A stretch of 64,000 nt of DNA from Candidatus Rokuibacteriota bacterium (GTDB taxonomy: Bacteria > Methylomirabilota > Methylomirabilia > Rokubacteriales > CSP1-6). How positions within the stretch are numbered: position 1 is the first letter of the stretch; every line of letters starts with the position of its first letter. The translations under genes and the position numbers were made by a program. The stretch covers positions 30,859-94,858 of the forward strand of contig JACQWC010000221.1 in the NCBI GenBank assembly GCA_016209635.1, written 5' to 3'. The notes under the pieces were generated by a model. The model saw nothing but the letters and a program-made list of their open reading frames with translations. It was not told the origin of the DNA and did not search any database. Shown here piece after piece: positions 9,335 to 17,614 of this stretch.

Positions 9335-10412
9335 CCCGTCGGGCGGTCACGGGCGCGCCGTGGCGCTGACCGCAGCCCCGCGCGAGATCGAAGACGCCGT
9401 GGGTGAGACAGCTCGCGACGGCGGAGGAGAAGCGGCCCGCCGCGTCGAGGCAAGAGTTCTCCCAGAGCAGACGGCGTGGGATCGTCAGCAGCGGATGGCG
9501 CGGGTCCCGGTGGCGACAGGTCGTGTAGGCGAACCGATAGCCAGCCGCTGCCACCGCCTCCACGATCTCGGCGTCGAACGCGCCGTCGGGGTAGGCGAAG
9601 TGGTCGATCGGCGTCCCGAGCCGCGCCTGGAGAGCGCTGCGCGAGCCTGCGATCTCCGCCGAGACCCGCGGCTGGGTCTCCCTGGTCAGCACCGGGTGGG
9701 TCCTCGTGTGCGAGCCCACCGTGATGCCGGCGCGCCGCATCTCGGCCAGCATCTCCCAGGCGAGCGGCCGGAGCCCCTCGAGCGCCCCGTCGTCGATCGC
9801 CGTCTGCTCCTCGAGGGCCGCGATCACGCGGGCGATCCCGGCCTGCGACAGCGTGGTGAGCAAGAGGCGCAGCGCGCTGAACGGGTCGCTCGGCGCGCGT
9901 GGCGTCCCGCTGCCCGGCGGTAGGACGCCGAGCCGGGAGAGTACATCGCGCGCGGTCGGCCAGGCGCGGGTGAGCAGGAGGTACAGCCGGTCGTGAGGCA
10001 GCGGGCTCGGGTTGCCAATCCAGTCCGCGACCACGAAGACCGCGGCCGGGATCCCTTTCCGCGCCAGCAGCGGAAACGCGTGGTCGTACACGTCACGATA
10101 GCCGTCGTCGAAGGTGACGGCGGCCAGGGGGGTCGCCAACCCTTCTCCCGATTCGAGCCGCGAGCCCAGCTCGTCGAGGGACACGAACCGGAAGCGCCGC
10201 CCGATCCAATCCAGATGGCGCTCGAGCATCCGGCGGCTCACGAGCATCGGCGGAATCGCCGACCGGACGCGCGCCGGCCGGTCGGCCACGACCCGGTGAT
10301 AGCCGATCACCAACGGCAGCCGGCGCGCCCCGGACACGAGCGCGACCAGCCGCGCTCCGCCGCTCGCTCGCAGGGCGAGAGCGATTCCCGTCTTAAGGTG
10401 CGCCCGTCGCAT
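9318..10412 (-). CDS. Polysaccharide deacetylase (CE4 family)
   Basis: VTFDDGYRDVYDHAFPLL and GSHTRTHPVL motifs. ATG at 10412. Confidence 0.88.
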   Translation of the reverse strand: MRRAHLKTGIALALRASGGARLVALVSGARRLPLVIGYHRVVADRPARVRSAIPPMLVSRRMLERHLDWIGRRFRFVSLDELGSRLESGEGLATPLAAVTFDDGYRDVYDHAFPLLARKGIPAAVFVVADWIGNPSPLPHDRLYLLLTRAWPTARDVLSRLGVLPPGSGTPRAPSDPFSALRLLLTTLSQAGIARVIAALEEQTAIDDGALEGLRPLAWEMLAEMRRAGITVGSHTRTHPVLTRETQPRVSAEIAGSRSALQARLGTPIDHFAYPDGAFDAEIVEAVAAAGYRFAYTTCRHRDPRHPLLTIPRRLLWENSCLDAAGRFSSAVASCLTHGVFDLARGCGQRHGAPVTARRDAPDA

Positions 10413-11589
10413 GATCCACGGCGTAGGGCTCGTTCCGGCGTCCGGCGGCGAAGCCCGGCGAGACCGTCTCCAGAAGGACGCGCCTTGCCACGTGGCGGGC
10501 GGCCCGACTCGCTTCGATCGCCTGACGGTAGAGCCATCCCCGCACGCGAGGTGGATACAGCTCCAGCCGTTGCAGCGCGCGCGTCCGGTGAGCCCAGTGG
10601 AACTTGTACTCCTCGTCGCCGTGCAGGAGATCGTACTCCTTCACCCCTTCCTCCACCGCCGCCTTGATGCTGAGGCCGAGGGCCACGAGGCCACTGCTCT
10701 GCCGGGCGTAGCTCGGATCGAAGCCCGACTGGTAGAAGTAGAATCTGTCCCGGTAGCGGAAGCCGTAGACGGACGCGACCGGTCTGCCGTCGAGGCGGAG
10801 CGTGAACAGCCGGAGCCAGCCGCGCTCGAGGGCGAGGCCGCTGAACTCGTCGTGAAACGCGACGAGGCTCGTGCTGTGAAGCGCGCTGGAGCCTCCCCGG
10901 GGATACCAGCGCATGTGGTGCAGGGTCACCAGCGCTCGCACCGCGGCCCGCCGCTGCGCCTCGGTCTCGACGCGCTCGAGGCGCAATTCTCCCAGACGCG
11001 ACAGCTGCCTGAGTCGCCGACGAAAATTGTATCGGTGCGCCGGGCCGAGGCCGTCCAGATACGATTCCCACGAGCCGCCGGCCAGGTCGATGAACGGACA
11101 CACGCTCGTCCCCGCCGACCGCACGCTCCAGCCACGCCTTTCCAGCTCGGCGGCGAGGCGCCAGGCATTCGGCGCGCCCGGTTCCAGCTGAGCCAAGCCC
11201 ATGACGGCCGTGCCGTCGACCAGGTGGGCGGCCAGCGCCCGGGCCGCCTCCACCGCCAGGCCGCGCCTGGTGATCAGATCGAGGTAGTCCGACCCCACGC
11301 TCCCCGTCCCGAGGAACTCCAGCGAGCGGACCGACAGCAGGTGACTCAAGCGCCGCGGTCTCCAGGCCAGCGGCGCGATGGCGATCAGCTCTCCGCGCGA
11401 GCGCACGACGAGGATCGAGAGCCTCCGGTCCTCCGCGAGGTGCTTCCACCAGGTGAAGAGCCACTCCCAGGTCAGGAACAGGCAATCGGACGTGCACGTC
11501 GAGAGCAGCGCGGTCCACTCGCCCCGCAGCTTCTCGAAGGCCGCGGCGTCCTCGATTCTCTCGACGTGGGTCATCGGATCACTCGTCAT
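10393..11589 (-). CDS. FemAB/CelD-like GNAT-fold acyltransferase
   Basis: MTHVERIEDAAAFEKLRGEWTALL...FLTWEWLFTWWKHL... is typical of the CelD/BioF2-like acetyltransferase domain. Start at ATG 11589 or ATG 11574. The track N-terminus is shadow. Confidence 0.75.
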   Translation of the reverse strand: MTSDPMTHVERIEDAAAFEKLRGEWTALLSTCTSDCLFLTWEWLFTWWKHLAEDRRLSILVVRSRGELIAIAPLAWRPRRLSHLLSVRSLEFLGTGSVGSDYLDLITRRGLAVEAARALAAHLVDGTAVMGLAQLEPGAPNAWRLAAELERRGWSVRSAGTSVCPFIDLAGGSWESYLDGLGPAHRYNFRRRLRQLSRLGELRLERVETEAQRRAAVRALVTLHHMRWYPRGGSSALHSTSLVAFHDEFSGLALERGWLRLFTLRLDGRPVASVYGFRYRDRFYFYQSGFDPSYARQSSGLVALGLSIKAAVEEGVKEYDLLHGDEEYKFHWAHRTRALQRLELYPPRVRGWLYRQAIEASRAARHVARRVLLETVSPGFAAGRRNEPYAVDHATGAP

Positions 11590-11622
11590 GGGCCCGGACG
11601 GATCGACGCGGAACGGGGCGCC

Positions 11623-11660
11623 GCGCTCGCGGGGCAGCCGGACGGCCGACCCGCGAGCGC
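11623..11660 (-). other. GC-rich stem-loop just downstream of CDS 11676..12278
   Basis: An 11-bp perfect stem GCGCTCGCGGG / CCCGCGAGCGC with a 16-nt loop that can pair further (GCCG/CGGC). There is no U-tract, so intrinsic termination is doubtful. Confidence 0.35.
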
Positions 11661-11675
11661 TCGACCAATCACCCG

Positions 11676-12278
11676 TTACTTCGGATTGACCCCGTTGCAC
11701 GGCTTGTGGATCTGGATGTTCCCGCCGTCGATGCCGTCACTGGGGGGTGTGAAGGCACTGGGGGCGCCGCCGCTGTCGGCGTGATAGGAGAGGCCCGGCC
11801 CACTGACGGTGATAATGAAGCGGTCGTGGCCTTTCGGCACGTTGCCCGGCTCGCCGTCGTCGACCACCTCGGCCCTGTAGGCGTAGCCGGCCACGCCGTT
11901 GACCTGAGCGCTTCCGCTGAAGGTCCGGTCGGCGCATTCCGTGTTGTGGACCGTATCGAAGCAGGCGAACGCGTCGTACGTGTCGACGCTCGTCGCCTTC
12001 ACGTGCATCCCCGTGTTGTGGTCGATGTAGTTCAGGTTGCCCATGAGCGGCGGTGGGGGCTCGCCGTTCTTGTAACCGGCCTCGAAGCCGAAGTTGGCCC
12101 TCTGGTTCGGATTGTCCGGGTCCGAATCCGGTGTCGGGGCGAACCACCCACCGCCCGTCACGAAATCGAAGCAGGGGCTCGGCACCGGATGCGCCTCGGA
12201 GTCGTGGCCGGGCATCGACACGGCCACGCCCGTCAGCAGAAACACGAGCCCTGCCATTCGAAGGATCACCCATTTCAT
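11676..12278 (-). CDS. Secreted Cys-containing hypothetical protein (possibly post-COAP-1-like)
   Basis: 200 aa. Signal peptide MKWVILRMAGLVFLLTGVAVS. SD GGAGGAG 6 nt before the ATG. Motifs GGGWF, ANFGFEAGY, GNLNYIDH, FSGSAQVNG, VVDDGEPG, DRFIITV, GGNIQIH. Confidence 0.75.
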   Translation of the reverse strand: MKWVILRMAGLVFLLTGVAVSMPGHDSEAHPVPSPCFDFVTGGGWFAPTPDSDPDNPNQRANFGFEAGYKNGEPPPPLMGNLNYIDHNTGMHVKATSVDTYDAFACFDTVHNTECADRTFSGSAQVNGVAGYAYRAEVVDDGEPGNVPKGHDRFIITVSGPGLSYHADSGGAPSAFTPPSDGIDGGNIQIHKPCNGVNPK

Positions 12279-12290
12279 CGCTGGCTCCTC

Positions 12291-12914
12291 CTACTGAGAG
12301 ATCGAGCTGCTCGCGCTCGACACGACGATTTCCCCGCCCGCCGAGAGGATCAGATGGAGCGCGTTGACGACGATCCCCTGGAGCGTCGTCGTCTGCTCGT
12401 TGATGACGAGCGTCGCCACCCCGGGAAGGCTGATCGTTTGGTTCGGCAGACCCGTCACCTGGACGGGAACGCCGCCGAACGTCAGGCCGTCGATCTGGCT
12501 GCCGCCGCTCGGGCCGACGTCGGTCGCGTCCGCTTGGGCCTGGACGAACGAGGCCGTGATCTCCGCCGCCTGCCCGGGCAGAACGACGACGTTGGCCAGC
12601 GACGTCAAGCTGTTGACCTGGTCACCCGCCGTGCTGGTCAGGGCGCCGCTCGTGGCCGCGACCAGTGTCTCGGCGCTCAGGACACCCGGCACCGCGGTGC
12701 CCTCAAGCGTCGCGCCGGACCAGCCGCCGTCGGCGGGCAGCGCGCCCGTATCGGCGATGTACAGCGGGCCGGCCCCGAGAACGTTCACGTAGGCGCTGTA
12801 GGCCCGACCGCCGAAGCTGGACGCGTGGGCGGGAGCCATCCAGGCCACTCCCGACAGGACGAGGAGGCTCGCGACAAGCGCGAGCCTCACGGGTCGTGCA
12901 CCGATGTTTCTCAT
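12291..12914 (-). CDS. Secreted Gly/Ala/Ser/Thr/Val-rich hypothetical protein (possibly choice-of-anchor P-like), no C-terminal anchor
   Basis: ATG at 12914 with AGGAGG 7 nt upstream; the track start at 12917 is GTG. Signal peptide ...LALVASLLVLSGVAWMAPAHA. No Cys. Ends SSASSSISQ. Confidence 0.75.
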   Translation of the reverse strand: MRNIGARPVRLALVASLLVLSGVAWMAPAHASSFGGRAYSAYVNVLGAGPLYIADTGALPADGGWSGATLEGTAVPGVLSAETLVAATSGALTSTAGDQVNSLTSLANVVVLPGQAAEITASFVQAQADATDVGPSGGSQIDGLTFGGVPVQVTGLPNQTISLPGVATLVINEQTTTLQGIVVNALHLILSAGGEIVVSSASSSISQ

Positions 12915-12932
12915 CACTCTTCCTCCTTGCTA

Positions 12933-12956
12933 GACTCTTGCGGCGTGGACTCTTGC
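12933..12956 (-). promoter_or_regulatory. 9-bp direct repeat (plus-strand GACTCTTGC x2, 15-bp phasing) just upstream of the SD of CDS 12291..12914
   Basis: Read directly: gactcttgc ggcgtg gactcttgc. A third partial copy, cttgc, lies at 12926..12930. The function is unknown. Confidence 0.25.
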
Positions 12957-13092
12957 CGAGTTGCTCCTGAGGGTAGGCTCGACAGCAGAGCGCCGAAATT
13001 CGGTGAATCCTCGAATCGGAGAAGGGAAATCCAGGAAACGGGCGCCGGGCCGGCCCTCGGCCGGGGCCCCGATCACCCCGCGGGGTACCGCC

Positions 13093-14202
13093 CTAGATCC
13101 CGATCCACCACTCGCCCTCGAGCCGTGAGAGGAAGGCGTCCCCGCGGTGGATGGCCTCCAGCACCTCCGGATGACGCGAGTGGATCAACATCCACGCCCC
13201 GCCGTCATGGTGGAAGAGGCAGTAGCGATCCGGCGCCGCGCGGAGCGCCGTGGGATCCAGCGGCCCGGACACGGCGACGGCGCCGTGGCGCCACGCGTCG
13301 TGGAAGAGATGCTCGAGCACCTCGCCCATCGAGTCAGATCGGGCCGCGATCTGGACCACCTCGCTCGGGCCGCCCGGATTCAGGTAGTAGAGGTACCAGC
13401 CCGCTGCCTCTCCGCGGCCGTCGCGAACGACCACCGTCCGGAAGGCGCCGTGGGCCGTCTTTCTGGCCAGGAGCTCGAGCAGCCACCGCAACGCGCGCGC
13501 GTCGTACTCGGGGCGCAGCGCCCGGTCGCCCGAGAGCCGCTCCAGGCCCTCCAGGAGGATCTCGGCGGTGAGCTCCCCCCCGGTCAGGCGCGGGGCCGGA
13601 GGACGGAACGCCGACCGCGTCGCCACGGCGTCGGTGACCGACACGAGGGGACGCAGCATCGAGTCCCAGCGCGACGACCACCCCCGCCTTCTGAGAACCG
13701 TGAGGATGTAGCGCGCGGGCCGAAGCGGCCGCGTCCACCGCAAGCTGTACAGCAGCGACGTGGCGCCGCCGAAAGCCTCCCAGATCCTCCGGGAGGTGTC
13801 GTTCCCCTCCGCGAGGGACAAGTCCTGTGATCCCGCGAGGAAGGCCTGGACCAGCCGGATGGCGGCGAGCGACGCCCGCCGGTCGGCTTCGACCATGAAC
13901 GTATGCGTGATCGCCGCCCGGATGGGTCGCCCGCCGAGCGACATCGGCCGGGGCATCACCCCGAGGCAGCCGATGATCCGACCGTCTGCCTCCTCGTACA
14001 CGAGGGACGGCAGCTCGTCGTCCCGCCACGGGTTCCGGCAGAACATCTCGGTCAGGTAGGGCGCGACCTTCCGGGCCGGGCGCCCGACGCCGTCGCCGAA
14101 GATCCGTTCGTGCAGCCCGGCGACCCCGGGAATGTCGTCCTCGGTCAGCGGCCGGACCCTGCCGATCGCCGACCCGCTCCGCGTCAGCCCCTGGGCGGTC
14201 AT
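13093..14202 (-). CDS. GNAT-fold acyltransferase (Eis-like two-domain architecture)
   Basis: ATG at 14202 with GGAG 5 nt upstream; GTG at 14232 is an alternative. ...VRPLTEDDIPGVAGLHERIF... and IGCLGVMPRPMSLGGRPIRAAITHTFMVEADRR resemble a GNAT core. The call is family-level only. Confidence 0.6.
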   Translation of the reverse strand: MTAQGLTRSGSAIGRVRPLTEDDIPGVAGLHERIFGDGVGRPARKVAPYLTEMFCRNPWRDDELPSLVYEEADGRIIGCLGVMPRPMSLGGRPIRAAITHTFMVEADRRASLAAIRLVQAFLAGSQDLSLAEGNDTSRRIWEAFGGATSLLYSLRWTRPLRPARYILTVLRRRGWSSRWDSMLRPLVSVTDAVATRSAFRPPAPRLTGGELTAEILLEGLERLSGDRALRPEYDARALRWLLELLARKTAHGAFRTVVVRDGRGEAAGWYLYYLNPGGPSEVVQIAARSDSMGEVLEHLFHDAWRHGAVAVSGPLDPTALRAAPDRYCLFHHDGGAWMLIHSRHPEVLEAIHRGDAFLSRLEGEWWIGI

Positions 14203-14238
14203 GGCGACTCCGCGACCGGATTCAGGTGCCACCCCGTC

Positions 14239-14505
14239 TCAGCACCCGGCACCGGCGTCGCTCCCGTTCCCGCTCAGCATGAACTCGGCGATCCGCGCGA
14301 TCGATCGGAACCGCTCGATCTCGAGGTCCTCGACCGTCGTCCTGATTCCGAACTCCTCCTCAAGCCGGACCAGGAGATCCACGAACATGAGCGAGTCCAT
14401 CACGCCGCTCGTGAAGAGGTCCGTCTCCTCCGAAGGCACCGTCAGATGCAGGCGCTTCTCGAAGAGGTCCGCGATCCGACGCCGTACGCTCGCTCGGTCC
14501 GCCAT
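14239..14505 (-). CDS. DltC-like acyl/aminoacyl carrier protein
   Basis: ATG at 14505, 1 nt after the upstream stop. Phosphopantetheine-site context LFTSGVMDSLMFVDLLVRLEEEFGI resembles D-alanyl carrier proteins. Confidence 0.85.
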   Translation of the reverse strand: MADRASVRRRIADLFEKRLHLTVPSEETDLFTSGVMDSLMFVDLLVRLEEEFGIRTTVEDLEIERFRSIARIAEFMLSGNGSDAGAGC

Positions 14506-14506
14506 C

Positions 14507-15025
14507 TCACAGCTCCTTGTGCTCCGACGCCAGCAGGTCGAAGAGCAGGCGGTCATGGTGTCGCCCGTCGATGTCGTGGCACTGGCGCTGCCGGCCGATC
14601 AGGCGGAAGTTGTTCCGCTCGACCATCCGGAGCGACACGGCGTTGTCCGCCACCACCCAGGCGAAGATCGAGCGGAGCCCGAGTTCTCTGAAGCCCAGGG
14701 CCAGGATTTTCGACAGCGCTCGGTTGCCGTAGCCGCGCCCCGCGTATCGCTTGTCGCCAAGCACACACCACGGCGTCGCCGTCTTGAACCTCCGGTCGAC
14801 GTTGCTCAGGCCCACGACGCCGATCGGCACCTCGCCCGAATCGTCGGTGAAGGCCCGGATGACGTGGATGTCCCGCTGGGCCATGATCTTCAGGGACACC
14901 GCGCTCAGCATCTGTTTCCCGCTTCCGAAATCCAGCCACTGGTAGTTCTCTTTCAGGGCCATCCATTCGGCGATTTGCTCGAGGAGCTTCGGGTCATCGA
15001 GTGGCTTCAGCTCCATCTCCCTCAC
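14507..15025 (-). CDS. GNAT family N-acetyltransferase (RimJ/RimL-like)
   Basis: 172 aa; ...WCVLGDKRYAGRGYGNRALSKILALGFRELGLRSIFAWVVADNAVSLRMVERNNFRLIG. Overlaps the 3' end of the adenylation gene. Confidence 0.85.
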   Translation of the reverse strand: MREMELKPLDDPKLLEQIAEWMALKENYQWLDFGSGKQMLSAVSLKIMAQRDIHVIRAFTDDSGEVPIGVVGLSNVDRRFKTATPWCVLGDKRYAGRGYGNRALSKILALGFRELGLRSIFAWVVADNAVSLRMVERNNFRLIGRQRQCHDIDGRHHDRLLFDLLASEHKEL

Positions 15026-16604
15026 ATGCCTCCTTCAGTCGCCGTCGGTCGATCTTTCCGTTCGCGTTGCGGGGAAGGCTTCCCAGGACCATCCAGCGTG
15101 ACGGCAGCATGTACGCTGGCAACGTCCGCCCGAGCTCCCGCCGGAGCGTCACTGGCGTGACCTCGCGCCCGGGTTCGCCCACGTAGGCAGCGCAGATCAG
15201 CATCCCCTCGAAGCCCCCCGACTGGATGGCCACCACCGCGCCCTCCCGCACCCCCTCGATCGCGCTGAGCGCCGTCTCGACCTCGCCCAGCTCGATCCGG
15301 TAGCCTCGGCTCTTGATCTGCGAGTCGGTCCGGCCGAGGAAGTACAGGAGACCGTCGTCGCCGACCATCGCTCGGTCTCCGGTCCGGTAGATCCGCTCCA
15401 TCGGCTCCCCGCCCCGGGGGTCGGGCAGGAACGCCGCACGCGTCAGCTCCGGATCACGCCAGTAGCCCGGGCTCAGCCCGACGCCCCCGATATAGAGGTC
15501 GCCAGGCTCGCCGAGCGCTGTCGGACCCAGGTGCTCGTCGAGCAGGAGCAGTTCTTCCCCCTCACAGGCGATCCCGATCGGGATGGCCGCCCTGTCGTCG
15601 TCGGGACACCGCGGGACCGTGTAGTAGCTGCTGGCGATCGTCGTCTCGGTGGGCCCGTACAGATTCGTAAAGGTGGCGTGGGGCAGTCGCGCCATCCAGT
15701 AGCGAAGGGCCGGCGTGGGAAAGACCTCCCCGCACCAGAGCACGCGCCTCAGCGTCGGGAAGTCGTTGGCTCTGACGACGTCGAACTTCGCCATGTAGTT
15801 GAGCACCGACGGAACGGAGAACCACTGGGTCAGCTCGGAGGTCCGGACGAACTCCGCCAGCTTGTTCGGCAGGATGCTCAGGTCCGGCGGCACGAGATGG
15901 AGCTGGGCGCCCGCCGCGAACGTCCCGAAGATGTCGTAGACGGAAAGGTCGAAGTGCAGTGGCGGGTGGGCGGACATCCGATCCGCCGACGTCGTCCCAA
16001 AGTACCGTCGCGCCCACTCGACGAAGTGCGCCACGCTCGAGTGCGTGATGACGACCCCTTTCGGCGCGCCCGTGGACCCGGAGGTGAAGAGGATGTGGGC
16101 GGCGTCGTGCCGCCGGTTGGCGCAATCCGGCGGCGCCGTCGAGTAGGCGCTGAGATCCGCCAGCGAGAAATCGGAGTGGAAGCGCGCCCCCTTGCCCCGC
16201 TCTCGACCCAGCCATCCCACCGAGATCGCCGCCCGGAATCGATCGGCTTCGAACAGCGCGTCGAGCAGGGGTTCGACGCCGTCGCCGGCCAGGATCCAGC
16301 GGTTCTCGCAGGACTCGAGGATCTTCGCCACGCGCGGGGCCGGGCTCGACGGGTCGACGGGCACGTAGATGCAGTCCGCCTTGTAGATGCCGACGATCCC
16401 GACGATCGCCTCGATCGATTTGGACGTGAGGAGGCAGACTCGGTCGCCCCTCCGGCACCCGGCCGCCTGGAGGAGCCTGGCCAACTGGTTCGCGGCGCTC
16501 TCGAGCCGGCCGTAGCTCAAGCGCTCACCATTCAGGACCACGGCGACGGCCTCGGGCCGTCGCTCCGCCTGCCGCGCGACGTACTCCTGCAGCAGCTCTA
16601 TCAC
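14994..16604 (-). CDS. Adenylate-forming enzyme (amino acid adenylation domain, DltA-like)
   Basis: 536 aa. Motifs FTSGSTGAPKG, LYGPTETT, YRTGD, GRTDSQIKSRGYRIELGEVE, NGKIDRRRL. Confidence 0.92.
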   Translation of the reverse strand: MIELLQEYVARQAERRPEAVAVVLNGERLSYGRLESAANQLARLLQAAGCRRGDRVCLLTSKSIEAIVGIVGIYKADCIYVPVDPSSPAPRVAKILESCENRWILAGDGVEPLLDALFEADRFRAAISVGWLGRERGKGARFHSDFSLADLSAYSTAPPDCANRRHDAAHILFTSGSTGAPKGVVITHSSVAHFVEWARRYFGTTSADRMSAHPPLHFDLSVYDIFGTFAAGAQLHLVPPDLSILPNKLAEFVRTSELTQWFSVPSVLNYMAKFDVVRANDFPTLRRVLWCGEVFPTPALRYWMARLPHATFTNLYGPTETTIASSYYTVPRCPDDDRAAIPIGIACEGEELLLLDEHLGPTALGEPGDLYIGGVGLSPGYWRDPELTRAAFLPDPRGGEPMERIYRTGDRAMVGDDGLLYFLGRTDSQIKSRGYRIELGEVETALSAIEGVREGAVVAIQSGGFEGMLICAAYVGEPGREVTPVTLRRELGRTLPAYMLPSRWMVLGSLPRNANGKIDRRRLKEACEGDGAEATR

Positions 16605-17614
16605 CGGGTCACCTCCACGGCCTTTTGGAAGCCGAGACTGGTGTGGCGCAGATCATCCGGAGCGCCCGGCACGTCGAGAATGAAGCGCGTGTACCCGGCT
16701 TCCATGTATCGCGCCAGCGCCTCGCCGACCCGGTCGTAGCTGCCCACCAGGTAGGGGCAGAACGTCTGATAGTGCTGGAAGGGGCCCAGCCAGTACCCGT
16801 CGGGCAGCGCCTCCGCGCTCAGCTCCGCAAGCTCCTTGTGCCAGGACGAGTCCGAGGTCTTCGTGGCCAGCTGGTGGGTCAGCTGACCCCGCCGGTCCTC
16901 GGGAAAGCGCGCGTGGGCGACCTGCCACGCCTCCTCGTCGGTGGGCCGAGCGATGATCCCGACGCGTATGCCGTACGGGATGCCGGCGTCCGGCGGGACC
17001 GTCTCGGACGCGGACGGCTTCGGATACTTCACCGCGGTCGCCCCCAGCATCCGGGCGGCCGCCAGCCCCGCCTCCGAAGAGGCCGACACGAAGATCCCCG
17101 GGAACAGCTCCGGCGCCAGCGGCGGGACGAGCTTCAGCTTCTCGACCCGGTAGAACACGCCCTCATAGCTGACCGCGGAAGCCGTTCCCAGAAGCGCCTT
17201 GACGACGGTCGTGTACTCGAGCAGGCGGTCGTAGCGCGCGTCGTGGGGCGCCGTGTCGTTGAGCGCGGCCAGATCGTTGCGGAAGCCGCCCGCCACCATG
17301 TTGAGGTACACGCGCCTCGCGTGCAGGTCAGCGAGCGACGTCACCATCTTCGCCACCCAGTAGGGGTGCGTGTACACGGGCTGGACCGCGACGAGGGGAC
17401 ACAGGCTGGCGGTGTTCTGGATGATGATCTGGGCGAGCAACCACGGCTCCAGCAGGCCGTTGTCGGAGTAGACGAGGATCCCCCGGCACCCGGCCTCCTC
17501 GCTCCACCGGGCGACGTCGATCACGTGTCGCAGGTAGCGTCCCCGAGCGACGGCGCTCGACGGCGGGCAGGTGGAGAACACCTCGATCGACACGTCGGGA
17601 ATCTTGTCCTTCAC
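16601..17614 (-). CDS. LLM-class (luciferase-like, SsuD-like) flavin-dependent oxidoreductase
   Basis: C-terminal 337 aa of track ORF 16601..18826. GTG at 17614 overlaps the upstream TGA, with GAGGAG 6 nt upstream. VKDKIPDVSIEVFSTCPP...GILVYSDNGLLEPWLLAQ...LCPLVAVQP...VYLNMVAGGF...HDARYDRLLEY parallels SsuD. Confidence 0.85.
   Translation of the reverse strand: MKDKIPDVSIEVFSTCPPSSAVARGRYLRHVIDVARWSEEAGCRGILVYSDNGLLEPWLLAQIIIQNTASLCPLVAVQPVYTHPYWVAKMVTSLADLHARRVYLNMVAGGFRNDLAALNDTAPHDARYDRLLEYTTVVKALLGTASAVSYEGVFYRVEKLKLVPPLAPELFPGIFVSASSEAGLAAARMLGATAVKYPKPSASETVPPDAGIPYGIRVGIIARPTDEEAWQVAHARFPEDRRGQLTHQLATKTSDSSWHKELAELSAEALPDGYWLGPFQHYQTFCPYLVGSYDRVGEALARYMEAGYTRFILDVPGAPDDLRHTSLGFQKAVEVTR

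Noticed and set aside
11676-12914. PEP-CTERM or LPXTG sorting signals on the secreted proteins, which would prove an exosortase system
   Set aside because: Neither protein ends with a Pro-Glu-Pro + TM + Arg-rich tail or an LPXTG motif. One ends ...SSASSSISQ and the other ...KPCNGVNPK. No exosortase-like polytopic gene is in the window, so no exosortase claim is made.
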